Virus record (IMG/VR): IMGVR_UViG_3300042564_005422
Strand: one strand, 5' to 3'
DNA from: an uncultured virus (IMG/VR IMGVR_UViG_3300042564_005422)
Lineage: Duplodnaviria > Heunggongvirae > Uroviricota > Caudoviricetes
Length of the DNA stretch: 20,000 nt
Shown here piece after piece: positions 7,824 through 15,134 of this stretch (its first letter is position 1; each line of letters opens with the position of its first letter). The position numbers and the translations under genes were made by a program. Below the pieces are notes generated by a model. It was not told the origin of the DNA. It made no database searches and saw only the letters and a program-made list of their open reading frames with translations.

Positions 7824-9052
7824 TTTATAAATTTTTTAAAACTTTTTAATTCGTTTTCAATTAAAGGTTTTAATTTTTCAATTGATTCCTTTTTTGTAGT
7901 TGGAGCTTGTGTTTGGGTACCTGTTAATGTGTTAATAATATTTTTAACGTAATTTTTAGCCTGATTTCTAGAGTCACTTGAGGTTTGAGCTAAAGGATTT
8001 ACTGTCTTTCCATCATTTTTAGAAGGAGTAGAAGTTTGAGTCTTATTTGGAGTTTGTGAACTATAAGGTTGGGTAATTAATTTTTTATCTGACCCTGTCA
8101 TACCTAATTTATCACCCTTATTTATATTAACACCCATTTGTTTATCTAAGCTACCATTCCAATAATAAGCGGTATTACCAATTTTTATTGCCTGAGTATA
8201 ACTTCCTTTAGTGACACCCGTGATAGTACCAGTGTCTTGAGCAATAACATCTGACCCTGTATATGTAATCACGTTACCATTTGCAACTCTTGAGGTACAT
8301 GGTTTAACGGGTAGTGAATTAGGGTCATACGGTCCGCAAGTTTTACCGTCATTATTATCATTATTACTACCTGTGTCAATTTTAAAAGTCGGAATTAGTT
8401 CTTCTATAATTTCTCTAACTCTAAATATTTCATTTACAACCTCATTTTCAATAGACGAATTTTTATCTATTCCAAATAATTTTTTTATTAAATCTTTAGC
8501 AACTTGTCTTGATGTTTTCTTTGTATCACCTGTGTCCATATCTAAATCACCATCCTTTTCTAACTCATCTTTATATTTGTCCAAATCAACTTCACTCGGT
8601 AACTCAGTTTGTTCCCCACCTACAGAATTTTTATAATAAGGCATTGGGTCAACAGTACTTCCATTTTCGTAAACTTCAAAATGAATATGTGGACCCGTGG
8701 ACCCACCTCGTCCTGGGTCACCTTTACCTCCACCTGATTTTGCGATAACATCACCTTGTTTGACAATGTCACCTTTTTTCTTTAAAAGTTTACTACAGTG
8801 ACAAAATCTAGTGTATAATTTTTTACCATTTACAACTCCGTGAGAAACTTTTATAGTACCTCCACAAGCGTCGCTTCTAATTTCACTATCGATAATTATA
8901 CCATCCGCAATTGAATAAATGTCATGACCTGTCGATACTGGAATGTCAATTCCATGGTGCATTTTCATTCTTTTATGAATAGGGTGCATTTTCATACCAT
9001 ATCCTCTGGTAATTTTTTTCTCACCCGCATTTGTAACTTGGTTGAATTTCAT
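7820..9052 (-). CDS. M23 (LytM) metallopeptidase with a second, degenerate M23-like domain
   Basis: N-terminal HHGID (HxxxD) and TGPHIHFEV (HxH), KKGDIVKQGDVIAKSG, VDPMPY; second domain DVIAQDTGTIT...INKGDKLGMTG lacks the zinc ligands. Confidence 0.88.
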   Translation of the reverse strand: MKFNQVTNAGEKKITRGYGMKMHPIHKRMKMHHGIDIPVSTGHDIYSIADGIIIDSEIRSDACGGTIKVSHGVVNGKKLYTRFCHCSKLLKKKGDIVKQGDVIAKSGGGKGDPGRGGSTGPHIHFEVYENGSTVDPMPYYKNSVGGEQTELPSEVDLDKYKDELEKDGDLDMDTGDTKKTSRQVAKDLIKKLFGIDKNSSIENEVVNEIFRVREIIEELIPTFKIDTGSNNDNNDGKTCGPYDPNSLPVKPCTSRVANGNVITYTGSDVIAQDTGTITGVTKGSYTQAIKIGNTAYYWNGSLDKQMGVNINKGDKLGMTGSDKKLITQPYSSQTPNKTQTSTPSKNDGKTVNPLAQTSSDSRNQAKNYVKNIINTLTGTQTQAPTTKKESIEKLKPLIENELKSFKKFIK

Positions 9053-9057
9053 ATATT

Positions 9058-9064
9058 ATAAATA
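9058..9064 (-). promoter_or_regulatory. TATTTAT motif, putative late promoter
   Basis: 5 nt upstream of the ATG at 9052. Confidence 0.55.
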
Positions 9065-9081
9065 TATTATTCATTATAAAT

Positions 9082-9113
9082 GTTGTGTATTTCATTTTTT
9101 TTTTGTAACTTTG
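9082..9113 (+). promoter_or_regulatory. Bacteroidota housekeeping-sigma promoter
   Basis: GTTG-N20-TAACTTTG, 4 nt before the ATG at 9118. Confidence 0.65.
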
Positions 9114-9117
9114 TAAT

Positions 9118-9291
9118 ATGTATCGTTCATCATATGGAAAAATATTAGGAGGGATTTGCTCAGGGATTTCTGAGAAATTTGGAATACCCTCATTTATTGT
9201 TAGATTAATTTTTTTATATTTGTTATTTTCTACAAGTATTCCAGTTGTTACTATTTATATTGTGATGTGGATAATGCTACCATCAAGATAG
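9118..9291 (+). CDS. pspC: PspC domain membrane protein (57 aa)
   Basis: Not in the ORF track. MYRSSYGKILGGICSGISEKFGIPSFIVRLIFLYLLFSTSIPVVTIYIVMWIMLPSR matches the PspC consensus YRS..K.LGGVC.G..E.FG....VRL.F...Y...W...P. Confidence 0.85.
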   Translation: MYRSSYGKILGGICSGISEKFGIPSFIVRLIFLYLLFSTSIPVVTIYIVMWIMLPSR

Positions 9292-9295
9292 AATT

Positions 9296-9487
9296 ATGAA
9301 TAGTACTGAATATGTTATTTTACCTGTTGAGGTGTTAGAATCTTTAAAAGATTTTGACACTTGGAAAGATTTTAAAAACGATTCTGATTTTTTAAAAGAT
9401 AAAGATATTCAAATTATTAAAAAATCTAAATTAAAAATATCTGTGGACCCTTGTCCATGGGACAATTATAGTGGAACACATTTTTAA
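9296..9487 (+). CDS. Hypothetical protein (63 aa)
   Basis: Tightly packed downstream of pspC in the same orientation. Confidence 0.65.
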   Translation: MNSTEYVILPVEVLESLKDFDTWKDFKNDSDFLKDKDIQIIKKSKLKISVDPCPWDNYSGTHF

Positions 9488-9489
9488 AT

Positions 9490-9663
9490 ATGTATTGTAT
9501 AGTAAAATATATCAAAGTTGATAAAAAAGAATTACCTGTAATAATTTTAAATTCTCAGGATGAAGTTCTTGAATTTGACTCAAGTGAACAAGCTGAAGAT
9601 TTTAAAAACATTCTTCAGATGAATTCAGATTCGGGACATAGGTATACTATTAAAAAAATTTGA
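9490..9663 (+). CDS. Hypothetical protein (57 aa)
   Basis: Not in the ORF track. MYCIVKYIKVDKKELPVIILNSQDEVLEFDSSEQAEDFKNILQMNSDSGHRYTIKKI*; starts 2 nt after the previous stop and fills the gap to the tRNA promoter. Confidence 0.7.
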   Translation: MYCIVKYIKVDKKELPVIILNSQDEVLEFDSSEQAEDFKNILQMNSDSGHRYTIKKI

Positions 9664-9689
9664 TACTTCTATTTTTTTATTTATATTTG
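9659..9689 (+). promoter_or_regulatory. Bacteroidota housekeeping-sigma promoter for the tRNA
   Basis: Consensus TTTG-N19-TATATTTG, 13 nt before the tRNA 5' end. Confidence 0.75.
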
Positions 9690-9702
9690 TATTAATAAAA
9701 TC

Positions 9703-9777
9703 GCCCCTGTAGGTAAAGGGATATACCCACTGCCTTCTAAGCAGTTATTTCTGGTTCGAGTCCAGACGGGGGTACCA
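9703..9777 (+). tRNA. tRNA-Arg (anticodon UCU)
   Basis: Acceptor stem GCCCCTG/CGGGGGT, D-arm GGTA/TACC, anticodon arm ACTGC-CTTCTAA-GCAGT, T-arm TCTGG-TTCGAGT-CCAGA, encoded ACCA end. Confidence 0.95.
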
Positions 9778-9781
9778 TAAC

Positions 9782-9808
9782 AAAAAAGAGGACAAAGTCC
9801 TCTTTTTT
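9782..9808. terminator. Bidirectional intrinsic terminator
   Basis: AAAAAAGAGGAC-AAA-GTCCTCTTTTTT between the tRNA and a convergent gene. Confidence 0.88.
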
Positions 9809-10578
9809 TAATCTTTATCATTAATGTGGGTGTCAGAAATATAGTTACCATTACCATAAAATTCAGGAGTCCTGTTATATTCATAAAAATGAATATCGTT
9901 ACGATATAACTCACTGTTTTCCACAATATTTCTCGTATCGGTGTATAATACTATTGTTTTTTTTCTATTCTCAATAGTATTAATATCTCCTGATGTTACA
10001 ACATCATCTTTCTCATACATTTCACAAACTTCAAGTGTATTTGGGCCGTATGATGCACAATAATACTGTTCAATTTCATAAGTGTCATCAATGTTTATGT
10101 ATCCTTGGCCTTCACATCTGTCACAAGTCTCTTGTCCACTACCACCACAATAGTCACATTGAAAATCACCTTCACCATCACATCTGTCACAAGTATCACC
10201 ATCTGAATCTTCACCATCACCATCACATTCATCACAATCAACCTTACCATTACCATCGCAATTACTACAATCGACCGTTCCATTACCGTAACAGTCAGAA
10301 CACTCCTCATCAACCTCGTCACTTTCAATTGTATAATACGTAAATGTGAATAAACTTGACATTATATTATCAAATTGAGTTTCTCTTTGACTTTCAGGTA
10401 TTGAAACTAAAAAACAAATAATGACAATGTGGCCATTTGGTTGTCTAAATAAAAAACTATATTGTTCATCCTTTCTTAGTTGATTATACGCATCACCAGG
10501 TAACATTTTACCTGAATATTTTTTTAGAATAGTTTTTCCTAATCTATTTGCTAATGAAATTAATTTATTTTTATCCAT
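9808..10578 (-). CDS. DnaJ-type CxxCxGxG zinc-finger repeat protein without a J-domain
   Basis: Six repeats: CSDCYGNG, CSNCDGNG, CDECDGDG, CDRCDGEG, CDYCGGSG, CDRCEGQG; no HPD motif. Confidence 0.85.
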   Translation of the reverse strand: MDKNKLISLANRLGKTILKKYSGKMLPGDAYNQLRKDEQYSFLFRQPNGHIVIICFLVSIPESQRETQFDNIMSSLFTFTYYTIESDEVDEECSDCYGNGTVDCSNCDGNGKVDCDECDGDGEDSDGDTCDRCDGEGDFQCDYCGGSGQETCDRCEGQGYINIDDTYEIEQYYCASYGPNTLEVCEMYEKDDVVTSGDINTIENRKKTIVLYTDTRNIVENSELYRNDIHFYEYNRTPEFYGNGNYISDTHINDKD

Positions 10579-10583
10579 ATCAA

Positions 10584-10590
10584 ATAAATA
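10584..10590 (-). promoter_or_regulatory. TATTTAT motif, putative late promoter
   Basis: 5 nt upstream of the ATG at 10578. Confidence 0.55.
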
Positions 10591-10606
10591 TAAATGATAA
10601 GTGTAT

Positions 10607-10637
10607 TTTGAAAAATCAAATATTGTTTTTATATTTG
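10607..10637 (+). promoter_or_regulatory. Bacteroidota housekeeping-sigma promoter
   Basis: Consensus TTTG-N19-TATATTTG, 8 nt before the ATG at 10646. Confidence 0.75.
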
Positions 10638-10645
10638 TATCAATT

Positions 10646-11134
10646 ATGAATTCAGTTTTAGTTTTAAACTCAGATTATTCCCCAATAAATGTAACTTCTT
10701 TTAAAAGAGGTTTTAATTTATTATATAAAGGTAAAGCTGAAGCGGTTAAAAGTTCTGATGAGTTAATTTATTGTGGTTTATATGTTATCAATAAACCAAT
10801 TATAATTCGTTTAAATAATTACGTTAAGTATAAATTCAGAAAAATGAGAGTTAACCGTCATAGAATTATGAGACGAGATGGTCACACTTGCGTTTATTGT
10901 GGAAGTAAAAAAAATTTAACAATTGACCACATTTTACCAAAAAGTAAAGGTGGAGGAAATACTTGGTCAAATCTTGTAACTTGTTGTAGTCCGTGTAATT
11001 TAAAAAAAGGTGACAAACTACTTCATGAATCAGGATTAAAAATGATAACACTCCCTTCTGAACCTAATATCTTTTATGATTCGTCGACTGAAAAATTAAA
11101 AAGAATTTACGAAGAATTTTTACAAAGTTTTTAA
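10646..11134 (+). CDS. HNH endonuclease (McrA-like family)
   Basis: CVYCG...TIDHILPKSKGG.NTWSNLVTCCSPCNLKKG; the N-terminal VLVLNSDYSP typical of this family and the promoter position support a start at 10646 rather than 10601. Confidence 0.9.
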   Translation: MNSVLVLNSDYSPINVTSFKRGFNLLYKGKAEAVKSSDELIYCGLYVINKPIIIRLNNYVKYKFRKMRVNRHRIMRRDGHTCVYCGSKKNLTIDHILPKSKGGGNTWSNLVTCCSPCNLKKGDKLLHESGLKMITLPSEPNIFYDSSTEKLKRIYEEFLQSF

Positions 11135-11139
11135 AAACA

Positions 11140-11165
11140 ATAAAGGTGACTCTCGTCACCTTTAT
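11140..11165. terminator. Bidirectional intrinsic terminator
   Basis: ATAAAGGTGAC-TCTC-GTCACCTTTAT between convergent genes. Confidence 0.85.
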
Positions 11166-11237
11166 CGTAGATTTAAATACCCCCTTTGAAATATATGGTT
11201 TATATTGAGAACTTCTCAGTTCATCAATTTTTTTAAG

Positions 11238-11882
11238 TTACTTAAATACTACTGGTTTTGTGTCTTTCCCTCTACTATAAGCGGGAAGTTCTTTTTTACG
11301 TTGGTCTATTTTTTCCTGTGTTATCCCATCACCAAATAATCCTCCTAACCATCCCATTGCATCACAAACAATTTTTCTAACGGTACCTTTCATACTTTGA
11401 GCAAATTCGGTAGTTGCAAGAGTGTCAATAATTGTTTTTCTTAATGCAACTGTTAAAATGTCTTCATCTACAAATTGTCTGGCGACATATTTTGTAACAA
11501 TTTCAGGTATTTGAGCAACAACTAAATCACTAAATTTATTACAGTCGGTAAGTATACCTGGAATTTCACTCCATTTAGCATTCGCTAAAACTACAGATAC
11601 AGTATCTCTCATTATACCTTCTTCTAATCCCATACCATCTAAAATACCGTCAATAACTCTTTCCCAAATAGTGTTCATACCTGTACCACCAAACCAACCT
11701 GATACTGTGTCACCTATACTATCAAGCCAACTTTTATCTTCACTTAACATTTTTAACTTTTCAAGTTTTACTTGATTCATAGATTCAATTAATTGTGGTA
11801 ACACAATCTTCATCCTGTATTTTGGTGGGGATTGTATGAATTTTTCACAAACTATTTTAAATTGTTTTTCAGTCTTTGTCAT
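11238..11882 (-). CDS. Hypothetical helical protein (214 aa)
   Basis: Overlaps the upstream stop; amphipathic Gly/Trp segments (WLDSIGDTVSGWFGG, MGWLGGLFG). Confidence 0.8.
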   Translation of the reverse strand: MTKTEKQFKIVCEKFIQSPPKYRMKIVLPQLIESMNQVKLEKLKMLSEDKSWLDSIGDTVSGWFGGTGMNTIWERVIDGILDGMGLEEGIMRDTVSVVLANAKWSEIPGILTDCNKFSDLVVAQIPEIVTKYVARQFVDEDILTVALRKTIIDTLATTEFAQSMKGTVRKIVCDAMGWLGGLFGDGITQEKIDQRKKELPAYSRGKDTKPVVFK

Positions 11883-13447
11883 TTTTTTAAAATTATATTT
11901 TTATTTTCAGTTAAAGTTTTATTCATGTCATAATTCATGTACAAAAGAGCGGTATTTAAAGATTCAATTGATTCCATTCTTGTAAGTTCTCTTCTTTGTT
12001 TTTTATTAATCTCTCTTTTATTAAAATTATACATCTTCATAACTTTATTTTCCCCACTACCTAAATCTTTCCAATTGAAATTATATCTATTTAGACAAGA
12101 AAAACATTTGTCTTTGTACGCAGGATTTGGAGAGTGTTTCCCTCTTTCACATTTTTTCCATGAGTTATACCAATTAACCGCCTCATTAAATAATATTTTA
12201 CAATCTTCTTTACTTAATTTATCATCTTCCTGTTGAAGAATTGCAATGACACTTCCAGGTGTTTGACATCCGGGAATTATTGGTCTATTTTTATCTACAG
12301 TGATTGGTTTATTATCATCTTTTACAAATTCAGATTTACAGTAAGTCTTAACATAATTTTTTAAATACTGTTTTCTTTCTCCCATATAAGAATACCCGTC
12401 GTCACCTGAACTGGCTTTAGTTCCACAAAAACATATTACTTCTTCTAAATTATCACAATGTTCTTTTTGTTCCATTTGATAATTAATTACTAATCGACAC
12501 TCTCTCCTCAAAAAATTAGGTTCTTCAGATTTTATATTATCAACTATTGAATTATAAGCTGTGATAACTTGTTTATCTGCAGGTCTACATATGGTTTCCT
12601 TAACATCAAGTGGGTCGTCAACAGGTTTTGTAGGTATACCACCGTCAGGGCCTGGTAGTGACGGTCCTGGTAGTGATGGTCCCGGTAATGTACCACCTTG
12701 TTGATTATTAGTGACTTTACAAATACCCATAGTTGAAACAGTTTGAGGTCCGGCAATTCCATCGGCCTTTATATTAACAGATGTTTGATATTGTTTAACC
12801 ATTTCTTTAGTTAAAGGACCATAAATTGCATCTACCTCCCCTGTTTTTGAAACTTTTTTAAAACCTTTACTTATTAAAAATTCTTGTACTTTAGATATTG
12901 CGTCGTCTTTAGAACCTTTAATACCTTTCATACAACTCTTTAAATAAGCCGAACCTGAACATATACTAGTAAGAGATGGTGCATCTTTACATTTTCCTTT
13001 TGAAATAACTACCTCTTGTTCTTTGTCAGGTGTTTTTTGTCCCCCTCCTTGGTCAGAGGAATCACCTCCACCTATTGTGGACCTATTTTTTGAAAAATCA
13101 AAATCAAAAGAATCCTGATTAGTTGGATTTATCACTTTTACCCCAATACTTTCCATGTGGTCAAAAATTTGACTAACATACTCCCAATCATCATCTTTAT
13201 CAAAATTAAATTCGTCATCTACTGATTCTCTTAAATTAAATTTGTCGTTGATTGCCTTCGCGGTTTCAAAATTTGGTATTTCTTGTATCGCACTAACGTA
13301 CGCATCCTCATCAGTCCCTCCCCCAAGAGTCCAACCATACTGAGAACTAGAACTATCTAATTTTTTAATTATTCTATTTACCAATGAAGTGTCCACCGCT
13401 TCTAATAAAACTTTTCTAACAATTTTTTTTAAGTCTGTATTTTTCAT
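11879..13447 (-). CDS. Multidomain protein: annexin-like GxGTDE motif, peptidoglycan-binding domain (PG_binding_1-like), Pro-rich linker and Cys-rich C-terminus
   Basis: GGGTDEDAYVSAIQEI; ISKVQEFLISKGF...VDAIYGPLTKEMVKQYQ...IKADGIAGPQT; LPGPS x3; many Cys in the C-terminal half. Confidence 0.75.
   Translation of the reverse strand: MKNTDLKKIVRKVLLEAVDTSLVNRIIKKLDSSSSQYGWTLGGGTDEDAYVSAIQEIPNFETAKAINDKFNLRESVDDEFNFDKDDDWEYVSQIFDHMESIGVKVINPTNQDSFDFDFSKNRSTIGGGDSSDQGGGQKTPDKEQEVVISKGKCKDAPSLTSICSGSAYLKSCMKGIKGSKDDAISKVQEFLISKGFKKVSKTGEVDAIYGPLTKEMVKQYQTSVNIKADGIAGPQTVSTMGICKVTNNQQGGTLPGPSLPGPSLPGPDGGIPTKPVDDPLDVKETICRPADKQVITAYNSIVDNIKSEEPNFLRRECRLVINYQMEQKEHCDNLEEVICFCGTKASSGDDGYSYMGERKQYLKNYVKTYCKSEFVKDDNKPITVDKNRPIIPGCQTPGSVIAILQQEDDKLSKEDCKILFNEAVNWYNSWKKCERGKHSPNPAYKDKCFSCLNRYNFNWKDLGSGENKVMKMYNFNKREINKKQRRELTRMESIESLNTALLYMNYDMNKTLTENKNIILKK
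12648..12690 (-). repeat. 15-bp coding tandem repeat x3 (LPGPS)
   Basis: GGGCCTGGTAGTGAC GGTCCTGGTAGTGAT GGTCCCGGTAATG on +. Confidence 0.85.
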
Positions 13448-13740
13448 AATAACGTATTTGCTTTTCCTCGTTTAATTCCTGTTGTCCATTTTTCTTTGTT
13501 ATTAACTGGATTTGCCTTACCTCTTGTTAGACCACTCTCCCATTTAGTATTACCAATTTGATTTGCCTTACCTCTTGTTAGACCACTCTCCCATTTAGTA
13601 ACTGTTGGGTATGCAGCCGGAGGTGTAGAACCTCCTCCTGATGCACCGCCTGAAGGAGGGGGAGTTGATTCTTGTTCAGTCAGTTTTTCCTCACCAAAAC
13701 TTTTTAATAAGTTTATGTATGTTTCAAAGTCAAACAACAT
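13444..13740 (-). CDS. Small protein with three KWxxG[LI]xRGKAN repeats
   Basis: TKWESGLTRGKAN x2 plus EKWTTGIKRGKAN, after a Pro/Gly/Ser linker; TATTTAT 8 nt upstream. Confidence 0.8.
   Translation of the reverse strand: MLFDFETYINLLKSFGEEKLTEQESTPPPSGGASGGGSTPPAAYPTVTKWESGLTRGKANQIGNTKWESGLTRGKANPVNNKEKWTTGIKRGKANTLL
13509..13600. repeat. Exact 41-bp direct repeat with 51-bp period (in-frame coding duplication)
   Basis: GATTTGCCTTACCTCTTGTTAGACCACTCTCCCATTTAGTA at 13509-13549 and 13560-13600. Confidence 0.95.
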
Positions 13741-13748
13741 TTTACTTT

Positions 13749-13755
13749 ATAAATA
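13749..13755 (-). promoter_or_regulatory. TATTTAT motif, putative late promoter
   Basis: 8 nt upstream of the ATG at 13740. Confidence 0.55.
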
Positions 13756-13757
13756 TT

Positions 13758-13787
13758 TTTGTAATTAGAAAAAAAATAGTATATTTG
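13758..13787 (+). promoter_or_regulatory. Bacteroidota housekeeping-sigma promoter
   Basis: TTTG-N18-TATATTTG upstream of the lipoprotein ATG at 13803. Confidence 0.65.
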
Positions 13788-13802
13788 TAAAAAAATAATC
13801 CA

Positions 13803-14309
13803 ATGAACAAATTAATCGTATTTTTACTTTGTATTTTCAGTTTAACTTCATGTTATAAGACTGACGAATGGAATGCTCAATACACATCAATAAGTGGAGA
13901 ATATGTAATTGATAGAGTAACTTTGTTGGCTTCAGACCAATCACCTGATGAAAGTGGTGAAAATTTTTACACTGGTGATTTGTATGTAAATCCAAATGGT
14001 ACATTACCTTTAGACGCAATCGAAGTTGGTATTACAAGATGGCACATTTCTAATTCAACGATATCATTTAACCCTGTTGGTACTACAACTGGTCAAACAA
14101 TTTGGTTAAACCAATATGTATTGTCTCGTGTAACCTCAGTCGGTGGTGATGAAATTTTAAGTTTCAACATTGATGGTACAGTTAAGAAATTTAAAATTGT
14201 TGACGTTACATTAGAATCATTAACTTTAAGAAGTACAGGTCAATGGGCATTTGGGTCATCAGGTCCTTACGAATCGGTTGTAATCAAATTTACACGAGTA
14301 GGTCCCTAA
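13803..14309 (+). CDS. Lipoprotein, beta-rich, possibly lipocalin-like
   Basis: Signal peptide MNKLIVFLLCIFS with lipobox LTS-C followed by YKTDE; ISGEYVI start motif and C-terminal LTLRS...VIKFTR resemble Bacteroidota lipocalin-like lipoproteins. Confidence 0.75.
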   Translation: MNKLIVFLLCIFSLTSCYKTDEWNAQYTSISGEYVIDRVTLLASDQSPDESGENFYTGDLYVNPNGTLPLDAIEVGITRWHISNSTISFNPVGTTTGQTIWLNQYVLSRVTSVGGDEILSFNIDGTVKKFKIVDVTLESLTLRSTGQWAFGSSGPYESVVIKFTRVGP

Positions 14310-14626
14310 AATATTTCAGTGTCAGGTAATTTACCAGTATTGTTTGAATAATACTCAATAAGGAAATTTTTTAATTCATATTCATCAAGTGTTGGTTCAA
14401 TTGAAGATTCTTCTTTTTCAAAAATAAAATCTTCTAAATCATCATAAGATGAATATGAATCACTTAAATCGTCAAAATCAACTATTTGAAATCCTGATTC
14501 TAATATGACATCGACATCAAATTCCTCATGTCGAATTACGTCTTCAGAATCATCATCTATTCTGAAATCGACCTCAATCATATTAGTTTTTTGATTATAA
14601 TAGAAATCGACCAATTCCAAGTTCAT
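14306..14626 (-). CDS. Small, highly acidic hypothetical protein (106 aa)
   Basis: About 30% Asp/Glu and six Lys/Arg by hand count. Confidence 0.8.
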   Translation of the reverse strand: MNLELVDFYYNQKTNMIEVDFRIDDDSEDVIRHEEFDVDVILESGFQIVDFDDLSDSYSSYDDLEDFIFEKEESSIEPTLDEYELKNFLIEYYSNNTGKLPDTEIF

Positions 14627-14627
14627 A

Positions 14628-15062
14628 TCAATATTTTTTTAATCGATTAAACCAATCTTTTGATTTATTAATTTCTTCAGAAATTAAATTAGTTTTAGAT
14701 TTAACTTTAACGTTTTCCTCTAATTCTTCCATAGTATATTCTTTATTACTATCACCACATTCGTTACATTCTTCAGCCTCTTTCATAGTCGAACATTGTT
14801 CACACATTTTACCTTCATATAACCCACCACAAGATTCACAAACTTGTTTAGTTTTTTTATTTATATCCTTGTTTCTGTATTCCATAACTTCTCCCTCATT
14901 TGAAACAGTTACACCTTTTTTATCACCGGCTAAATCCTCAACAGTTAAAGGGGTCATATTACCTTGAGGTTGTAATGTTCTGTAACCATCGTATAGACCA
15001 ATATGTCTTTCAGTGATTTGTTTTCTTTCTTCTTCAGATATGTTTAAAAAATATGCTTTCAT
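14628..15062 (-). CDS. Hypothetical protein with CxxC motifs
   Basis: CESC, CEQC, CNEC; N-terminal ISEEERKQITERH and C-terminal LISEEINKSK motifs. Confidence 0.8.
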   Translation of the reverse strand: MKAYFLNISEEERKQITERHIGLYDGYRTLQPQGNMTPLTVEDLAGDKKGVTVSNEGEVMEYRNKDINKKTKQVCESCGGLYEGKMCEQCSTMKEAEECNECGDSNKEYTMEELEENVKVKSKTNLISEEINKSKDWFNRLKKY

Positions 15063-15076
15063 AGTTTGATTTTACA

Positions 15077-15083
15077 ATAAATA
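15077..15083 (-). promoter_or_regulatory. TATTTAT motif, putative late promoter
   Basis: 14 nt upstream of the ATG at 15062. Confidence 0.5.
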
Positions 15084-15097
15084 TATTGACATATACA

Positions 15098-15129
15098 TTT
15101 GACAAAAAAAAGTATTATTATTAAATTTG
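15098..15129 (+). promoter_or_regulatory. Bacteroidota housekeeping-sigma promoter
   Basis: Consensus TTTG-N20-TAAATTTG, 5 nt before the ATG at 15135. Confidence 0.75.
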
Positions 15130-15134
15130 GTATT

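Noticed and set aside
9681..9926. 81-aa minus-strand ORF
   Set aside because: Runs antisense through the tRNA and terminator and overlaps 9808-10578 out of frame.
9993..10343. His-rich 116-aa ORF and Val/Met-rich 77-aa ORF
   Set aside because: Antisense and alternative-frame shadows of the CxxCxGxG repeats.
10646..11134. HNH gene as an intron-encoded homing endonuclease or mobile element
   Set aside because: Free-standing with its own promoter and terminator, with no interrupted gene or intron structure evident.
13509..13600. 41-bp exact direct repeat as a mini CRISPR array
   Set aside because: Only two copies with a 10-nt gap, a 51-bp in-frame period inside a CDS, a diverged third protein-level copy and no cas genes.
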